A stretch of DNA of 64,000 nt, taken from assembly GCA_965223795.1 (NCBI GenBank), contig CBDCXL010000002.1:1504001-1568000 (forward strand). Direction: 5' to 3'. The notes beneath the pieces were generated by a model. That model saw only the letters and a list, made by a program, of their open reading frames with translations, searched no databases and was not told the DNA's origin. Position 1 is the stretch's first letter. The number at the start of each line of letters is the position of its first letter. Made by a program: the position numbers and the translations under genes. Of this stretch, positions 18,498 through 29,000 are shown one piece after another. Source of the DNA: Nitrospinales bacterium (GTDB lineage: Bacteria > Nitrospinota > Nitrospinia > Nitrospinales > VA-1).

Positions 18498-18925
18498 TCG
18501 CTGTTTCCGGGTCTTTCAACCACCGCCAACCTGGGCAACGCCAATGTGGGCGCTTTTTCGCCGAGCGCATAACGCACCACGTCGACCGCGTCGATCGCAA
18601 GCGAGACGCTGTTGCACGCGATCACGGCAAGGAGCCACTCCGTCATCGGGCTTTCGCTGCCGGATAGGCGCGAGGCCAGCCACAGGATGAGCGGCAGCCA
18701 GTAGATGTGGCCGAGGCCCAGCAGGCGGACGAATCCTTTGCGCTCGAACAGGGCCATCATGGTGCCGGCGCTCAGCAGCAGGGTGAGCAACACCACCTGA
18801 CCCTCGATGGAGGCGATGAACAACAGCGGCGCCACCCCGTTCAACAGCATGAGCAGTCCGACCCAGAGCCGCCACGGCAGGGGCATGAGCCACATCGTCC
18901 TGAAAAAATCGATCATGATTCGCAT
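18479..18925 (-). CDS. Hypothetical 4-TM membrane protein
   Basis: RBS ggagg; hydrophobic, GFVRLLGLGH; downstream of TetR. Confidence 0.7.
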   Translation of the reverse strand: MRIMIDFFRTMWLMPLPWRLWVGLLMLLNGVAPLLFIASIEGQVVLLTLLLSAGTMMALFERKGFVRLLGLGHIYWLPLILWLASRLSGSESPMTEWLLAVIACNSVSLAIDAVDVVRYALGEKAPTLALPRLAVVERPGNSDQAGSV

Positions 18926-18998
18926 GTCTTGCCTCCGGTATGAGAACCGCACATACTGAACGATCATTTTGAAAAAGAGCAAAAAAAATGCCGCCGCC

Positions 18999-19607
18999 TT
19001 ACAGGGACGATGGGCCTTTATGGGAAAGAAACAGATGGCCGAGCGCGACCTCCACCATGTTTTCCATGGTGCGCTCGTCGGTCAAGGTGCGGCCGAACAC
19101 GGCCAGTCCCTGGGTGACGCCCAGCAGGTAGCGCGACAGTTTGTCCAGATCACCGGCGCCGTTGATCTCTTTGTTTTCCCGCGCGCCTTCGAGGCAGCGG
19201 CGCAGGCCCCGCTCGATGCGGCGAAAATGCTTGTTGACCCGAACCTGCGCGTCCTTGCCCCGGAGCCTGGACTCGATGGCGGTGTTGGTGATGAAACAGC
19301 CGCGGGTTTTCTCCGGGCGGGTGTATTTTTCGATGAGATTGTGGAAAAAATCCTGCAGGGTGGCGCGGCCGGGCGGTCCCTCTTCCAGGATGCGGATCAT
19401 CTGCGAACTGACGTTGTTGCGGTACATGTCCAATGCTTCCAGAAACAATCCTTCCTTGGAACCGAAGGCCTGGTACATGCCGAACCGGTTGAGCCCCGTG
19501 GCGTTGACGAGATCCTGCACGGAAGTCCCTTCGTACCCCTTTTCCCAGAAGGTCTTCATCGCCTTTTCCACGACGCGGTCGCGGTCGTATTCTTTTTGTC
19601 TGGGCAT
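18999..19607 (-). CDS. TetR/AcrR family regulator (NemR/ComR-like)
   Basis: FWEKGYEGTSVQDLV.ATGL....Y.AFGSKEGLF; GCFITN. Confidence 0.92.
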   Translation of the reverse strand: MPRQKEYDRDRVVEKAMKTFWEKGYEGTSVQDLVNATGLNRFGMYQAFGSKEGLFLEALDMYRNNVSSQMIRILEEGPPGRATLQDFFHNLIEKYTRPEKTRGCFITNTAIESRLRGKDAQVRVNKHFRRIERGLRRCLEGARENKEINGAGDLDKLSRYLLGVTQGLAVFGRTLTDERTMENMVEVALGHLFLSHKGPSSL

Positions 19608-19808
19608 CCTGTGTACTCCGTGCCCCATGCTAAATGAGCATTCTGTTTCTGTCAATCGCCAAAATCGGGGGTAAAAAATCATTCTACCGGCTATCAATAT
19701 ACTTTAAAATGGTCTGAGCCCGGCCGGCCGACGGCTTTCCTGTAAATCCAGAATTTTCCGGGGAAAACGGGCGCTGCGAACGGCGATGATGAGAAAGGAG
19801 CGATCAGG

Positions 19809-20114
19809 ATGGCCGCACAAACTTCGGAAAGCGAAGAAATCAACAAGGACGCCGAGGGGAACCCTCTGGATCCGGAAAACTATTTCGCGGTTGAGGGGAA
19901 AAAATGGGACCCCAAGGCCCAGGATCATGCGGAAATCATAAGCCCACGCCGGGATGCAAACCGGTTCCGCGACGTGGACGACGCCATTCAGCTTTACCGG
20001 TCTTGCGGCTACGACGACTTCCCCGACAGCGGCGGGCAGGATGTGCGCCTCGATCTGGTTCACTACCGGTTCGGCATCCGCCACATCGTGAAAACCAAAA
20101 TCCTCTTTCCCTGA
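19809..20114 (+). CDS. Hypothetical protein
   Basis: RBS aaggag/cagga, host-like codons. Confidence 0.6.
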   Translation: MAAQTSESEEINKDAEGNPLDPENYFAVEGKKWDPKAQDHAEIISPRRDANRFRDVDDAIQLYRSCGYDDFPDSGGQDVRLDLVHYRFGIRHIVKTKILFP

Positions 20115-20152
20115 GCGGGAACCGAACCCTCTCATCCATTGCGGGACGATGC

Positions 20153-20536
20153 ATGAAACAAAAGATCCGGATTCTCGTTGTAGACGATGAAAACGCCTCG
20201 CAGACGCTGATCAAACATCATCTGATCAGCCTCGGATTCTCCAATATCCTGAGCGCCACCGACGGCGAAGCGGCGCTCAAGATCCTGAAGTCGGAATCGA
20301 TCGACCTCATCATCACCGACTGGCACATGCCGGGGGTCGACGGCATCGAGGTGTATAAGAGCATCCGGGAAGACCCCGACCTCAAATCGATCCCGTTTCT
20401 CATGATCACCTCGGAAACCGGAAAAGCGCGGGTGATGGAAGCGATGAAGCTCGGCATCCGCAATTACATCATCAAGCCGGTGTACGCCCACATTTTAAAA
20501 GCCAAGATCCAGGACCTGCTGAAACTGCCGGAGTGA
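20153..20536 (+). CDS. CheY-like single-domain response regulator
   Basis: ILVVDD, ITDWHMPG, MITS, IKP. Confidence 0.92.
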   Translation: MKQKIRILVVDDENASQTLIKHHLISLGFSNILSATDGEAALKILKSESIDLIITDWHMPGVDGIEVYKSIREDPDLKSIPFLMITSETGKARVMEAMKLGIRNYIIKPVYAHILKAKIQDLLKLPE

Positions 20537-20587
20537 CCCCGCCGGACTCGCAGGACGCCTCCCCCCGCCTCTGTCTCTGTTTTTCGC

Positions 20588-22711
20588 TCAGGATTCGGTT
20601 TCCCGCGTGCCCTTCAATTGCGCGACGATGGCCTGCAGTGCCTGGGCCTGCGGCTGCGCGGGCGCGAGTTTCAACGATTCGTTGAAATGATGCAGCGCCT
20701 TGATGGGATCCTGCTTGAAGCGGTAATAGATCATGCCGAGGTTTTTGTGGATGCCGGCGTGCGGCTGCTGTGACAACGCCGCATCGTAGGTCGCAAGCGC
20801 CGCATCGACGTCGCCGCGTTGCAGCTGGATGTTGGCGATGCCGGCCACGGGCAGGAGGAAGCCGGGTTTCAGTTGCGCGGCGCGGCTAAATTGCTCGAGC
20901 GCCTGATCGAACCGGCCGTTCATGGCGTAGGCGTTGCCCAGCCCGAAGCGGGCCTCGGGATGATCCGGCCGCAATGCGATGAAACGCTGGAAATTCTGGA
21001 TCGCCTCGTCGATGAGGCCGAACTGCAGGGCGAGGTGGGCGAGATTGTAGAACGCTTCCTTTAAAAACGGGTCGCCCGCCACGGCCTTGCGGTAGGACGC
21101 GAGCGCCTGGTCGGGCCTGCCGGTCAGATGCAGCGCGCGCGCCAGGTTGTAGAGCGCGGGCGGGTAGCCGGGCTTTTCGGCCAGCGCCTTTTTAAAATAG
21201 TGAATGGCTTTAGGATAGTCCTTTTTCTTGCCGTGAATGTTGCCGAGATTGTTGAGCGCGAAAAAGTAGCGCGGGTTCAAACGCACAGCCGCCTCAAACT
21301 CGGCGATGGCCTTGTCGAATTCACCGCGCTGATCGTAGGCTTCCCCCAGGTTGTTGTAGGGACGGGTGAGATTGGGGGACTTTTGTTTCGCATCATTCCA
21401 CAGGGTGATCTCGTTTTTCCAGACGGCGTTGCGGTCCACCACGCCCGCGGCGAACAAAACCAGCACCGCGGCGGCGGCCAGCGCCGGAATCGCCGCTGCC
21501 GTTTTTCCAAGCGCAGAACCGGATCTTGCCGCCCATGCGCACAGACAGCATAGCAGGGCCGACAGGGCGAGGCAGAAACCCGCCAGGGGCAGGTAGGTGC
21601 GGTGCTCGACGGCGACGTCCAACAAGGGAATGACGCTGGATGTGGGCAGCAGGGTGACGGCGATCCAGGCCATTGCGAAAGCGAGCGTGTTTTTCACAAA
21701 CGCCGATTCCCCTGTTGCCGAAGCAGCGGCAGGTTCCTCCGCAACCGGCCGGCGGCGCGAAAGCATGAACCAGACTCCCGCATAGATGCCGAGCGTGGCG
21801 ATGCCGAGCCAGTTGGCGGGTGACGCCCAGTCCGACAGCACCGGGAAGTGGATGTCGATGTTCAGGTTGATGGGGAACAGCATTTTTTTGAAATACTCGA
21901 AAGGAACGACGAAGGTCTGGGTGAGCAGGTAGCTGTTCCATGTATAGGGCGTGTCGGAGGCGGCGGCCAGCCCGCCGCCGGCGAACTGCTTGTAGCCGAG
22001 AAAAACCGCCAGCGGCAGAAAGGCGGCGGCGATCCATTTCATGTGCCTTACGATCCAATCCTTGATCGTAAGTATGGAAAAAAAATAAAAATGAAACAGG
22101 AACAGGATCGCGGGTAGCGTCCAGACGATCTGCTTAGAGAGGGCGCCAAGCATAAAACACAACGCGGAAGCGGCGAATCCGGCCCCGGTCCTGACGGCGC
22201 CTCCGCGTTCAAGGCCGTTCACCGGGCGATTCAACAGGGCCGTGAAGAAAAACCAAACGGACGCCAGGTAGAACAGGGTCGCGAGGAGTGAGGAACGGCT
22301 GGAGATGTAGGTGACCGACTGGGTGTTGAGCGGGTGCAGGGCGAACAGCAGGGCTGCGAGCAGGGGAAAGTGTTGCCACACTCCGTTGGGCATGCCGGGG
22401 AAGGCCGAGCGTAGAATGAGCCGGGCGAGCAGGAACACGCAGAACGCGGCGAGGGTGTGAAACGCGATGTTGAACAGGTGGTAGCTCCACACGTCAAAAC
22501 CGCTGATCGCGTGGTTGAGGTTGAAGGTGAGGATGACGAGCGGGCGCTGCCAGAAGCTGAAGATGAACTGGGGGATCTTGTCCAGTCCCTGCACCCAGGG
22601 CTTTTCCAGGATGGAGGGGATGTCGTCGTAGTGAAATGAATGCTCCAGCGTGTTGCCGTAGACGAGGGCGATCGTGACGGTGAGGATGCAAGCGGCGAGG
22701 GTGGGTTTCAT
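20588..22711 (-). CDS. TMTC-like GT-C membrane glycosyltransferase with C-terminal TPR repeats
   Basis: FHYDD loop, RPL, LFALHP, EHRTYLP, RN.VW.NE..LW, then about 7 TPRs. Confidence 0.85.
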   Translation of the reverse strand: MKPTLAACILTVTIALVYGNTLEHSFHYDDIPSILEKPWVQGLDKIPQFIFSFWQRPLVILTFNLNHAISGFDVWSYHLFNIAFHTLAAFCVFLLARLILRSAFPGMPNGVWQHFPLLAALLFALHPLNTQSVTYISSRSSLLATLFYLASVWFFFTALLNRPVNGLERGGAVRTGAGFAASALCFMLGALSKQIVWTLPAILFLFHFYFFSILTIKDWIVRHMKWIAAAFLPLAVFLGYKQFAGGGLAAASDTPYTWNSYLLTQTFVVPFEYFKKMLFPINLNIDIHFPVLSDWASPANWLGIATLGIYAGVWFMLSRRRPVAEEPAAASATGESAFVKNTLAFAMAWIAVTLLPTSSVIPLLDVAVEHRTYLPLAGFCLALSALLCCLCAWAARSGSALGKTAAAIPALAAAAVLVLFAAGVVDRNAVWKNEITLWNDAKQKSPNLTRPYNNLGEAYDQRGEFDKAIAEFEAAVRLNPRYFFALNNLGNIHGKKKDYPKAIHYFKKALAEKPGYPPALYNLARALHLTGRPDQALASYRKAVAGDPFLKEAFYNLAHLALQFGLIDEAIQNFQRFIALRPDHPEARFGLGNAYAMNGRFDQALEQFSRAAQLKPGFLLPVAGIANIQLQRGDVDAALATYDAALSQQPHAGIHKNLGMIYYRFKQDPIKALHHFNESLKLAPAQPQAQALQAIVAQLKGTRETES

Positions 22712-22787
22712 AGGCAAACGGGAACGCACTTTGCAAGGGCAAAAAGGGCTTTTATATCGTTACGGAAGCAGGCGGGCGAAACTCCAT

Positions 22788-24041
22788 TTATTTTCCGGCG
22801 GCGAAGCGAAATTCGGCTTCCAGCTGGTCCACCACTTTCTCCCAGGAATATTCGGCCACCGCCTGGAGGCGGCATTTTTCTTTCAACGCCTCGAAGTGTC
22901 TGGGGTTTTTAAGGTATTTTTCCATGCCCTGGGAGATCGCCTGCACGCTGGTTCCGGGCAGCAGCAGCATGGGGTCGAGGGCATTGAGGATTTCCACGGT
23001 GCCGCCGACGGGCGTTCCCAGCACGGGAACGCCGCTTGCCAGAGCCTCGACGGTAGCCAGGCCGAACCCCTCAATGCGCTGGGTGGGCAGGATGAACACA
23101 TCGGCGGCGCGCACCAGGGAAGGCAGCGTGTCCTGGGGAACGAACCCCAAAAGCCGGACCGTTTTCCTGAGGTTTTTTTCTGCAATCAGCGCCTGCAGGA
23201 GGTCCTTGAGCGACCCCATTCCGGCGATCCACAGCTGAAAATGCAGTCCGGGGCAGCGGGAGCGCAGATCCGCCGCGGCGAGGATGAGGTTTTTAAGCCC
23301 CATGCGCGCCTCCAGCCGGCGCACGGTCAGGAGCAGGGGGACGCCCGCCGGAAACTCGAGCGCCTGACGCAGCGCCTTTAAGGTCTCGGGCGATTCGGCC
23401 GGGTGGAACGCGTCCACATCGACGCCGCCGGGGATCACGCGCAGGCGCATGGTCTTCGCCGGGTGGCGCTGTAAAAACAGCTCGCGCGAATACTGGCTCA
23501 AAAACAGGACGCTGCCGCAGCCGAGGATCGCCGCCCGCTCCATGCGCCGGATGGCCTGCAGCGAGAACGCAAGCCGGACATCGTGCCAGACGTTTTCCAG
23601 GCCGCCTTCGGGGCGGCGGGCTTCGCGGTTGATCTTCTCCTCGTCGTACCAGAAGCTGTGGAAGTGGTACACCCGGGGCACCGCGCGCAGGGCCGGATGC
23701 TTGAGGGCGAGGTAGCCGATGAGGGGATTGTGGATGTGCACGAGGTGGACGGGGCCGTCCTTCAGCACGGCGTGGATCTTTTTTTTCACGCTGCGCCAGA
23801 GGCGGAAAAACCCCTTGCTGTCTTTGGCGCGGATCCGATGATAGCGGATGCCTTCGATGCACTCGTTCGCCGGGAGCGTTTCGTCGGGCTTGCAGGTGAT
23901 GCAGTGGACGGTGAACCCGCGCTGCACCAGCCGCCGGTTGACCTCGTAGGTCAGTCCCCAGGCGCCCCCCACCGCATCGGGATAGCTGTGGTATTGCAGG
24001 GACAGGAGGGTCAGGCTTGGGGGTGGGGAATCGGCTGTCAT
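22788..24041 (-). CDS. Glycosyltransferase family 4
   Basis: EGFGLATVEALASGVPV. Confidence 0.92.
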   Translation of the reverse strand: MTADSPPPSLTLLSLQYHSYPDAVGGAWGLTYEVNRRLVQRGFTVHCITCKPDETLPANECIEGIRYHRIRAKDSKGFFRLWRSVKKKIHAVLKDGPVHLVHIHNPLIGYLALKHPALRAVPRVYHFHSFWYDEEKINREARRPEGGLENVWHDVRLAFSLQAIRRMERAAILGCGSVLFLSQYSRELFLQRHPAKTMRLRVIPGGVDVDAFHPAESPETLKALRQALEFPAGVPLLLTVRRLEARMGLKNLILAAADLRSRCPGLHFQLWIAGMGSLKDLLQALIAEKNLRKTVRLLGFVPQDTLPSLVRAADVFILPTQRIEGFGLATVEALASGVPVLGTPVGGTVEILNALDPMLLLPGTSVQAISQGMEKYLKNPRHFEALKEKCRLQAVAEYSWEKVVDQLEAEFRFAAGK

Positions 24042-24157
24042 GATATACCGAACGACCGGTTAATCAATTACTTTAACGATTTCACCGCAACCTGGGGCCG
24101 AAATCCGCATCTAAATTAATGAATAGGAAACGCCCCTTCTTCTGAAACGGGGGGTTC

Positions 24158-24185
24158 TTGCATTCGCAAGGGAACTTGCTATAGT
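24158..24185 (+). promoter_or_regulatory. Putative tmRNA promoter
   Basis: TTGCAT-N16-TATAGT with extended TG. Confidence 0.5.
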
Positions 24186-24225
24186 GAGTATATAGGAAAT
24201 TTTTATCCACGCCATTCACCCTTTT

Positions 24226-24586
24226 GGGGGCGATTTGGGTTCGACGGGAGGATTGAGACGAAGGTTGCATGCACGGGATGCCGTTGGCCCGTAAAAAAAC
24301 GGCATAAAACATAATCGCCAACGATTATGAAGTAGCTGTAGCTGCTTAATTTAAGTTAGCTACCGTTCGCCTCTTCCATGCCTGCGGGAAGAGGGTCGAA
24401 CGTCATTCAGCGGGCTGGTCCGGCCGGGTGGTCCCGGACTTGCCGGATGAGATCCTTCGGGACTGGCTTTGGCATTATCCTGCCTCTGGGAGAGCGCCAA
24501 GGCGAGATTTCATACAGAGGATAAGCATGTAGACGCCTTTTGTTGACACCTTTCGGACGGGGGTTCAATTCCCCCCGCCTCCACCA
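24226..24586 (+). ncRNA. ssrA: tmRNA, tag peptide ANDYEVAVAA
   Basis: 5' GGGGGCG...TTCGAC; tag ORF 24317-24349; 3' T-arm GGGGGTTCAATTCCCCC and acceptor CGCCTCCACCA. Confidence 0.97.
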
Positions 24587-24842
24587 ATCCTGCGCGGATG
24601 GCGCGTTTGCTCACGTCGGGCAACGTTTTCTGCGCTTGTCTTGTATTTTTTCCCCGCCGCTCCACGAATTTCCCTATCCGCGAAACCCAGGGAAGTCCGT
24701 GCGCTCAAGGTGTGGTTTTTGTCAAATGCCGCCGGCTTCTACTTGGGACGATGATACATTGACGGCGAATCACTTGTTGTTTTTTTTTGTTTTGAATTGA
24801 GTCCAGTGAGAATTCGTGCCGTTGCGGGCTTTCGGCAGACGC

Positions 24843-26372
24843 CTATTTGAAGATCCCGTTCTCGCCGCTCCGGATCCCCATACCCGCAAGCAGATCTAAA
24901 ATTTGATGCGCTCCCCGCGCAAGACTCCAAAACAGGATCAACCAGAACTGAGTGGAAAACAGAATTGAAAGGTCTTTACCGACGATCAGTACTACCGCAA
25001 TGGTGACCATAAAGATCACCGAGCGGACCACTTTTTCGGGGAACAGTGTCGGTTGTCCTTCATAGCGATACAGGATGTAACACATCCAGCGGCTGATCAC
25101 CTGCGCGCCCATGAAACTGGCGCCAATGACGTTGGTGGACATGATCAGCGCCAGCCCGAACGTTCTCTGCATTTGCAGGATCTGGAAACTGAATATGCGC
25201 ATCTGGACACTGATCGAGTTGTACAACCAGAAGCTGCCCCGGACAAACAGCAGGAACATGGACCATACCGCCAGCATTTCCATCGCAGGGTTCAGGAAGA
25301 AATCCGCCCGGACTTGATTCCATCCCTGGGCGTTGTCCCAATTCAACAGAGTGATTCCTATGCAGGACAATATCGCGGCCCAGACCCAGGCCTGGGTTTG
25401 CATGGGATAATCGCGAAAATCTTCAATATTTTTTGATCTTGTGGGTTTCGCCTCCTTTTTCACCGCCACAAAATCGTTCTCTCGATAACCCAGCTCATAG
25501 ATGCAGATAAAAGAGGTGTACAAGATCACGGTAGCGGCGACGGATAAAACACTGATCCCGTAAACAAACGTGATCGACAGCAGGATCGTCGGGAGATCGT
25601 CCAGAAAGAATATTTTTACAATCCGGTAGTCGTTCGGGTATTTGGCTTTTTCCGTGTAGATATAAGGCAGGTAGATGTTCTGTAAAACCCCAAACACTTT
25701 TTCGTTCGGCCATCGAATCAAAGCAGGATATTTTGACTCCCGGATCACGTCCGCATCGTCGAGGGAATCGGTGACAAATATGGAATTGTGCAATGCCTCT
25801 GCACCGATTTCGTTCCTCAGTTTATTGGACTTGCCCTGCCTGCGGCTTAAATGCCCTGTTAAGAAGTTCGATGCCACCAGTGCCGACACATCGATCGGCA
25901 TGTGTTCGAGCAGCGGTCTGATGAGGAACGCATAACCGTAACTGCCAACGACAATTTTTTTTCCGGCGCCCCGTTTCAGGCAATCGATTAAAGCTTCGTT
26001 CTTGAATTCATTCGCAAGTTTCGCTGCCTGACTTCTCCAGAGAGGCACGGCCCAGGGAAACAACAAAGTGGCCGTCACAACCCGAAAATGGTCCCGGTAG
26101 ATGAAATCATTATTGTGACAGCGGAAAAGACGCCACGGTTTGAAAAACCCCAGCAGCCCCAGGACCAGGCCGAGCAGCCATTTCGGCCTGATTGAATTCA
26201 GGTATTCCTCGGTTGAATTGGACAAAAAGAGCGTATGATCAAAATCGACAATGACCGTTGTATCCTGTGGTGTCCGTTGTATCGTTTCTCCCAGTTCATC
26301 TACATTTGAAATGTTCTCCAAAGAGGCGCACTTCATACTTTCCTGCTTCAAAGTAGATTTTTGATCATTCAC
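24843..26372 (-). CDS. HAD-like domain fused to a polytopic membrane domain
   Basis: VIVDFDHTL (DxD), TDSLDD, then multiple TM segments. Confidence 0.75.
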   Translation of the reverse strand: MNDQKSTLKQESMKCASLENISNVDELGETIQRTPQDTTVIVDFDHTLFLSNSTEEYLNSIRPKWLLGLVLGLLGFFKPWRLFRCHNNDFIYRDHFRVVTATLLFPWAVPLWRSQAAKLANEFKNEALIDCLKRGAGKKIVVGSYGYAFLIRPLLEHMPIDVSALVASNFLTGHLSRRQGKSNKLRNEIGAEALHNSIFVTDSLDDADVIRESKYPALIRWPNEKVFGVLQNIYLPYIYTEKAKYPNDYRIVKIFFLDDLPTILLSITFVYGISVLSVAATVILYTSFICIYELGYRENDFVAVKKEAKPTRSKNIEDFRDYPMQTQAWVWAAILSCIGITLLNWDNAQGWNQVRADFFLNPAMEMLAVWSMFLLFVRGSFWLYNSISVQMRIFSFQILQMQRTFGLALIMSTNVIGASFMGAQVISRWMCYILYRYEGQPTLFPEKVVRSVIFMVTIAVVLIVGKDLSILFSTQFWLILFWSLARGAHQILDLLAGMGIRSGENGIFK

Positions 26373-26433
26373 AACTTGAACTCTTCAAGTTATCAGTGGG
26401 TCGTGATTTCAATGAAAATGGTCCGACCGGGAA

Positions 26434-27609
26434 TCAAGGGTTTCTCCCCTGGTTTTCCTCGATGGCTTCGCCATATATTTTCATGAGCTGGTTGTAATTG
26501 ATTTCCGCGGTGTATTTGTCTTCGTAGGCCCTGCGCGCATTTTTTCCCATGCGGCCCATTTCTTCGGGGTGCTCGCAGGCCCAGCGCACCTTCTCCCGAA
26601 GAGCCTCTGCATCCCCAGGCCTGAAATGCAGGCCCGTGACCCTGTCCTCGACGATTTCCTGCATGGCGCCCAGATTGGAAGCGATCACCGGCAATCCCTG
26701 AGAATAAGCCTCGATGATGGTCAGACCAAAAATCTCATGCCATTCGGAAGGAAATATCAAAAACGAGGCACGCGACATTTCTCCGGCAATCTGACCCGGC
26801 GGCTTGCTCCCTGCAACAGCGATGAACTCGGATGCGTTTTTTTTCACGCTCTCCATCAGGGGTCCGTCTCCAACGATACGAAGGGGAACCGGTAAATTCT
26901 TCCAGGCTTTTAGAAGCGTGTGGATCCCCTTTTCCGGACTGAGACGCCCCACATACAACGCGCTCACTGGAGATCTGACGGCATCGCCACTCGATTCCAC
27001 TGCATTGACAAAATGCGGTTTTACGGAAATTTTATGTGGCGGAAACCCGGATTCGACAAATTTCTTTTTGCCGAACTGGGTCATCGCAACGAAACGATCG
27101 ACCTGGGTTTGCCAAGTGCCTCTTTTTCTATTGTGCGCCACCATGTGCGCAACTGCCAGAGAACCCATACGGGAATTCCGGTAGCAGCGGTTCAGAACGG
27201 CTTGATAAGGGGTGCCGTGGATACAATCCTCACACAGGTTTCCATCCCGCATCAGAAAGGTTCCTGCGCACACGGTCCGGTAGTTGTGCAGGCTTTGAAC
27301 GACCGGAATCCCCGCCTGACGGCAGGCTTCATAAACAGAGGGAGAAAGCAGAGGAAAAAAATTGTGAATGTGCACGAGGTCCGGCTTGTATTTTTCTATG
27401 GCCTTGCCAGCCTGCTTTTTTCCCCAGGGAGAGCGGGCTGTGAACCAGGCCGTGGCCACCTTCCGCCACAATCCTCGAATGGAATCGTTGGACACGGTGA
27501 ACACGGACACGTCATGCCCATGCTGCCGAAGCAGCGTCTTTTCATTTTCCAGAGTGGTGTCTTCACCGCCGGCTTGCTGATACGTATTATGTAGCAACAG
27601 AATGTGCAT
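26434..27609 (-). CDS. Glycosyltransferase family 4
   Basis: HNTYQQAGGED, GRLSPEKG, EIFGLTIIEAYSQGLPV. Confidence 0.92.
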   Translation of the reverse strand: MHILLLHNTYQQAGGEDTTLENEKTLLRQHGHDVSVFTVSNDSIRGLWRKVATAWFTARSPWGKKQAGKAIEKYKPDLVHIHNFFPLLSPSVYEACRQAGIPVVQSLHNYRTVCAGTFLMRDGNLCEDCIHGTPYQAVLNRCYRNSRMGSLAVAHMVAHNRKRGTWQTQVDRFVAMTQFGKKKFVESGFPPHKISVKPHFVNAVESSGDAVRSPVSALYVGRLSPEKGIHTLLKAWKNLPVPLRIVGDGPLMESVKKNASEFIAVAGSKPPGQIAGEMSRASFLIFPSEWHEIFGLTIIEAYSQGLPVIASNLGAMQEIVEDRVTGLHFRPGDAEALREKVRWACEHPEEMGRMGKNARRAYEDKYTAEINYNQLMKIYGEAIEENQGRNP

Positions 27610-28929
27610 GGCTCACCACTTTCCCAGATCGCGGATTGGAGTTGATTGTAGAGAGGGATTCGATCAATATCAACCGGTACTTCAGGATCACTCCCCAAAA
27701 AAAGTAGTAGGGAATGGCTAAAAACGGTTTTTCAAATGCATCCTCGCCAAAGGAATAAACCCAGATGAGAACGATATAGATCAGGAGTAGAAAGAGACGT
27801 TCCTCTCCGATTTTGTGTCCGGCTTGACGGCACAGATTGAACGCTTTATACCAGGCGCGCACGAGAAGTACGTGTCCCCAGATGAAGAACACGGCGCCAT
27901 AGAGTCCGATGCGTCCCAGGATAGAAATGAAAGAGTTGTGCGGCTCCCGCACAGGGGTGCCGATCGGGTTGGCAAAATCGACCAACGGGAATCCATACCC
28001 CAAACCAAACAGAAGATTTGCCGGGCTTTCCATGAGCCTGTCATAAATGTCCTTCCACCAGCCCAGGCGCTGCCCGACGCCTCTTGCGGCCCCCTCGACG
28101 CCGGCGCTCTCGACACCGGCAATGGCGCCGAGATGACGCACAAGGAAATCCAGGGACATGCTTTCCCCCAACCGGCCCTTGATCTCGATACCGAAAGCAT
28201 TGATCAAACCGAATGAAACCAGCCCGACGATCAGGGCCACCCCCATATTCCCGAACGCCTTGGGGCGAAACCAGAAAAGCAGGATCATAACGGCAAAAAT
28301 CTGCAGATAAATCGTTCTCGCCTGAAACAGCGCCACGGTAAACGCGATCAGCAGGCTGGGTATGATGGGCTCTCCAAATTTTCCGATGATCCGGCGCACG
28401 GATTCGCAAAGGATTAAAACCGCAGAAGTATTGTATGTGAAGAGTATATTTGCGGTGTATCCCGCCGCTGCCGTGAGCGTTGGAGAATAAGGAATCAATT
28501 CTTCAGAAAACGGATAGGTGAACGCATACAGGACCCCCATCATTAGAATCCTGGGCCACCAGACAAAGAGCCGATCGATGGCGCCCGGCGAGGCGGCGAA
28601 CACGAAGCCTACCCAGAGAAACAGAGACTCAATAAGATGGGTGGCATCGCGGATGGCCCACATGCCGTGTTCGGGCAAAGACAGGATCAATCTCCCGAAA
28701 CCGAGACCCCACCACAAAAAAAACGGGATGAAAATGATGTTGTTCGCGAACTGGGGGAGATACTTGGAATCCTTGATGATAAAGCAAAATGAAATCAGCA
28801 GCAGGATCTCGCCGATCGGCACGCCCCCCCGGCGACGGGCGGTATGCGGATGAGCATGAATCCCGCGTTCAAGATCAAATAGGCCCCGATCACAAATAAA
28901 ATCAGGGAATTTCGAAAGCTCAACTTCAT
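27587..28929 (-). pseudogene. wzy: Wzy polymerase / O-antigen ligase-like protein, frameshifted in a G7 tract
   Basis: ATG 28929 gives MKLSFRNSLILFVIGAYLILNAGFMLIRIPPVA, then G7 (28824-28830); one more G joins it to GGVPIGEILLL. Downstream R...W, GLGYG and PHN motifs of Wzy_C. Confidence 0.8.
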
Positions 28930-29000
28930 TGCTCACCAGCAAGAACGAAGCTCATGAAAATGAATCCATCCGCCTGCACTCTTTTTAAGTCCTATATCCA

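Noticed and set aside
28831..28942. ORF-track N-terminus MLVSNEVELSKF... of the Wzy-like protein
   Set aside because: Off-frame read-through; the true hydrophobic N-terminus is in another frame from 28929
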